Source: Octopus bimaculoides (Eukaryota). Taken from it: DNA of 64,000 nt. The position numbers and the translations under genes are program-made. The stretch is taken from contig NC_068990.1 of the NCBI RefSeq assembly GCF_001194135.2, forward strand, positions 43,632,224-43,696,223, given 5' to 3'. Positions 61,484 through 64,000 of the stretch are shown one piece after another. How positions within the stretch are numbered: the first letter of the stretch is position 1; the number at the start of each line of letters is the position of its first letter. The notes below the pieces were generated by a model. The model ran no database searches. It saw only the letters and a list, made by a program, of their open reading frames with translations, and was not told where the DNA came from.

Positions 61484-61682
61484 TTCGTGTAATCCAGGAA
61501 GCCCACTAACCATACCATCAGCACCCAGTACTCCAACAAACAATGGAAATGCTTCCACCAGCATACTACCTCCAGTTGTCAATCCCACCATGCCTCCTAC
61601 CCCAGTAAACGTCTCCAGTGTGCCTGGAAGTGTTGGTCGGGAAGTCAATCGTGTCGTTGTGAACCCTTTGACAGCTTCTTCG
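61484..61682 (+). CDS. INIP: INIP/SOSS-C, probable coding exon 3 (Pro/Ser/Thr-rich)
   Basis: Acceptor tttattgtctccttcag and donor gtcagt; 199 bp. Open in the phase 2 frame required by exon 2 (N-SCNPGSPLTIPSAPSTP...NPLTASS); GC content is higher than the flanks. Confidence 0.65.
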
Positions 61683-62492
61683 GTCAGTATATTCCTCAAC
61701 ATTTATGTAATTCATATATTTACAAATTTCACAGGTCTTGGTATTTTTTGCTTTTTCACTTGATATAACTGCAGAAAATGCATCCTAGGTTTCTCCCTAA
61801 ACTCCTCTCTCTTCCAACTCATTCACTATATAACTGCTATATAACTCCTTAATTCACTGAACTGATCCCTAATTCATTGCTCTTCTACTTTCTTCTATAA
61901 ATTTTTCCCACCTCTCATTCACTATTTTTATTCCTTTGTTTACTGTCTCTATCTCTTCATTCACCATTACTTACCCCACATTCAGTAACTCTATCTGCAT
62001 TCACTAACTCTGCCTCTGTTCTCTACCCTTCGTTTACTATCCATTCTCTACCTCTACACTTCGTTCATTTTATCTCTGTATTCATTCACTATATTATACC
62101 CCTTCTTTATCTATTTTACTCCATCTATATCTATTTCTTCACTACCTGTTCATCTCGTTCGCTATTTCCACTCCATGTGTATCCCCTATTCACTTACTCT
62201 ACCCCTCACTCATTCCCTTTCCTTCACTCTCTCTCTTTTTTTCCATACTTCTTTATTCACCTTCTCTTTCTTAAAAAACTTACCCATAAGATAGAACTCA
62301 TAGCTGTAAGTAGAGGGCACATTTTGTTATTCCTAATAATCATTAGCTTTTGTGCAAAGTTCAAGTTCTCTTTATGTACTTGGAATAGTCAACAAAAAAA
62401 ATAGTCCACTGTCTACATTCAGAGTGTGGTACTTCCTCGAATGTAGAGTTAACATCTACACCTTACAGAGGGCATATAGCAATGTGTATGTC

Positions 62493-62549
<57 letters not shown>

Positions 62550-63933
62550 GATGAGGATGATGATGATGATATATATATATATATATATAGAAAGAAAGAG
62601 AGAGAGAGAGAGATGTGCAGGCATGGCTAAATAGTTCACTTCTCAAGTACATGGTTTCAGGTTCAATTCTTGGTCTTTTACTACAGCTCCATGACCTATA
62701 ACAACAGACATTGATGTCACCCTTTTATAGTTCAACTTCAGTCAAAATTTCTGGTTAAACTGTGACTGATGTTTGTTGACAATAAATTGTCCAGTAGCTT
62801 TGTGCTTTTGAATATCTCTGATGTAAAAGAAAAAAAGAAACTTGAAAAACTGGTTAGGGTTGGTGACAATAAGAGAATCTGGCCATAACAATTCTGCCTG
62901 AAATGTTAACACATGTTCCGTGCTAGCATGGGTTGGACAGTTTGACAGGATCTGATGGATCCAAGGACTACCTATGGTTTATATGACTGGGTGGCCTTCC
63001 TAATCCCAACCATTTTACAATGCATACAGGGTTTTTTCTCATGCCACCAGCACTAGTGAAGTTGCTATGCACCTTACTAGTCCACAGAACTGGGTGGGGG
63101 ATGCAGATGTGGGTTAGGGTATGAGAGAAGTAGGTGAGGCAAAGCAAGTTCCTGTTGTCAGGGAGTTACATAGCCACTTACTTTTATCTTCAATTAATTA
63201 TACATTATCTTGTAGCTTTGAGATTTCAATGACTTGATTATATATTTTTAGAATGACATTGTTGGGTAGGTGTGAGATGTCAGATCTGGCCAGTTTGAAT
63301 GCTAATGGGATAAGGAAGGATTTATCAAGCGTAGTTAGTTAAATGACTAAGACATAGTATTGGAGTAAACATATGTCATTTAAGTCCATCTTGGGGTCAG
63401 TATCAATTTCCATCCTTCTGAAGTCAATAAAATCCCATCACTGATATTTTACTGCAACCAAATAAGTACCAATAGTATACTGAATTTCATTCTATCATAC
63501 ATGCATCCTTCCTTACAAGAACTAACTTTGTGAATTGTCAAAATGAAGAAATATAAAGAGATCAAAAATAAATTTGATCTACATGTAAGTACTGTGGTGA
63601 ATATTTACCTTGGAGAGCAATACTGTTCCTAGAATGCAGTGTTTGATGACATAACAAATTTGGCTGTACTCAAGAAGACTCGTCCACGACAGCAGAATTG
63701 ATACCAGTGCTGGTGCTACATAAAGGGCATCCAGTACTCGAAAAATAAGACACTCGGATTATTAAATGGAATATAGCTCAATTAGAGAACTACAACACCA
63801 GTCTGTATTTTATTTGTGGGTATTGTTAATATTAACAATCTCAAAATAAAGCAGTGTATTTTATATATATGTGTGTGTGTATGTATATATGTATGTATAT
63901 ATGTATGTATATACATATGTATATACATATATG

Positions 63934-63964
<31 letters not shown>

Positions 63965-64000
63965 GTATATATATATATGTATATATATATATGTATATAT

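Overview
AT-rich eukaryotic genomic scaffold with many N gaps, microsatellites and SINEs. The repeat types suggest an Octopus genome, which is inference from recalled repeat families. Two protein-coding genes sit head-to-head with 346 bp between their ATGs. On the minus strand is a sorting nexin 7/30-like gene (exon 1 at 36061-36183, exon 2 at 15536-15727; later exons not found). On the plus strand is a probable INIP/SOSS-C gene (exons 36530-36554, 52424-52550, 61484-61682; it continues past the window). The introns hold tRNA-derived SINEs, two decayed mariner elements, hAT-like and piggyBac-like MITEs, RTE-like and R4/Dong-like LINE fragments and Penelope-like (PLE) GIY-YIG fragments. The main find is eight type I hammerhead ribozyme motifs or relics from several unrelated sequence families, most with a palindromic helix III. 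Two have fully intact cores. One (17866-17926) lies directly behind a PLE endonuclease remnant and has a predicted loop-loop pseudoknot. The other (59262-59331) has a GUC site, lies sense within INIP intron 2, and sits inside a retrozyme-like tandem unit of about 464 nt. All structures were folded by eye and none has been computed or tested.
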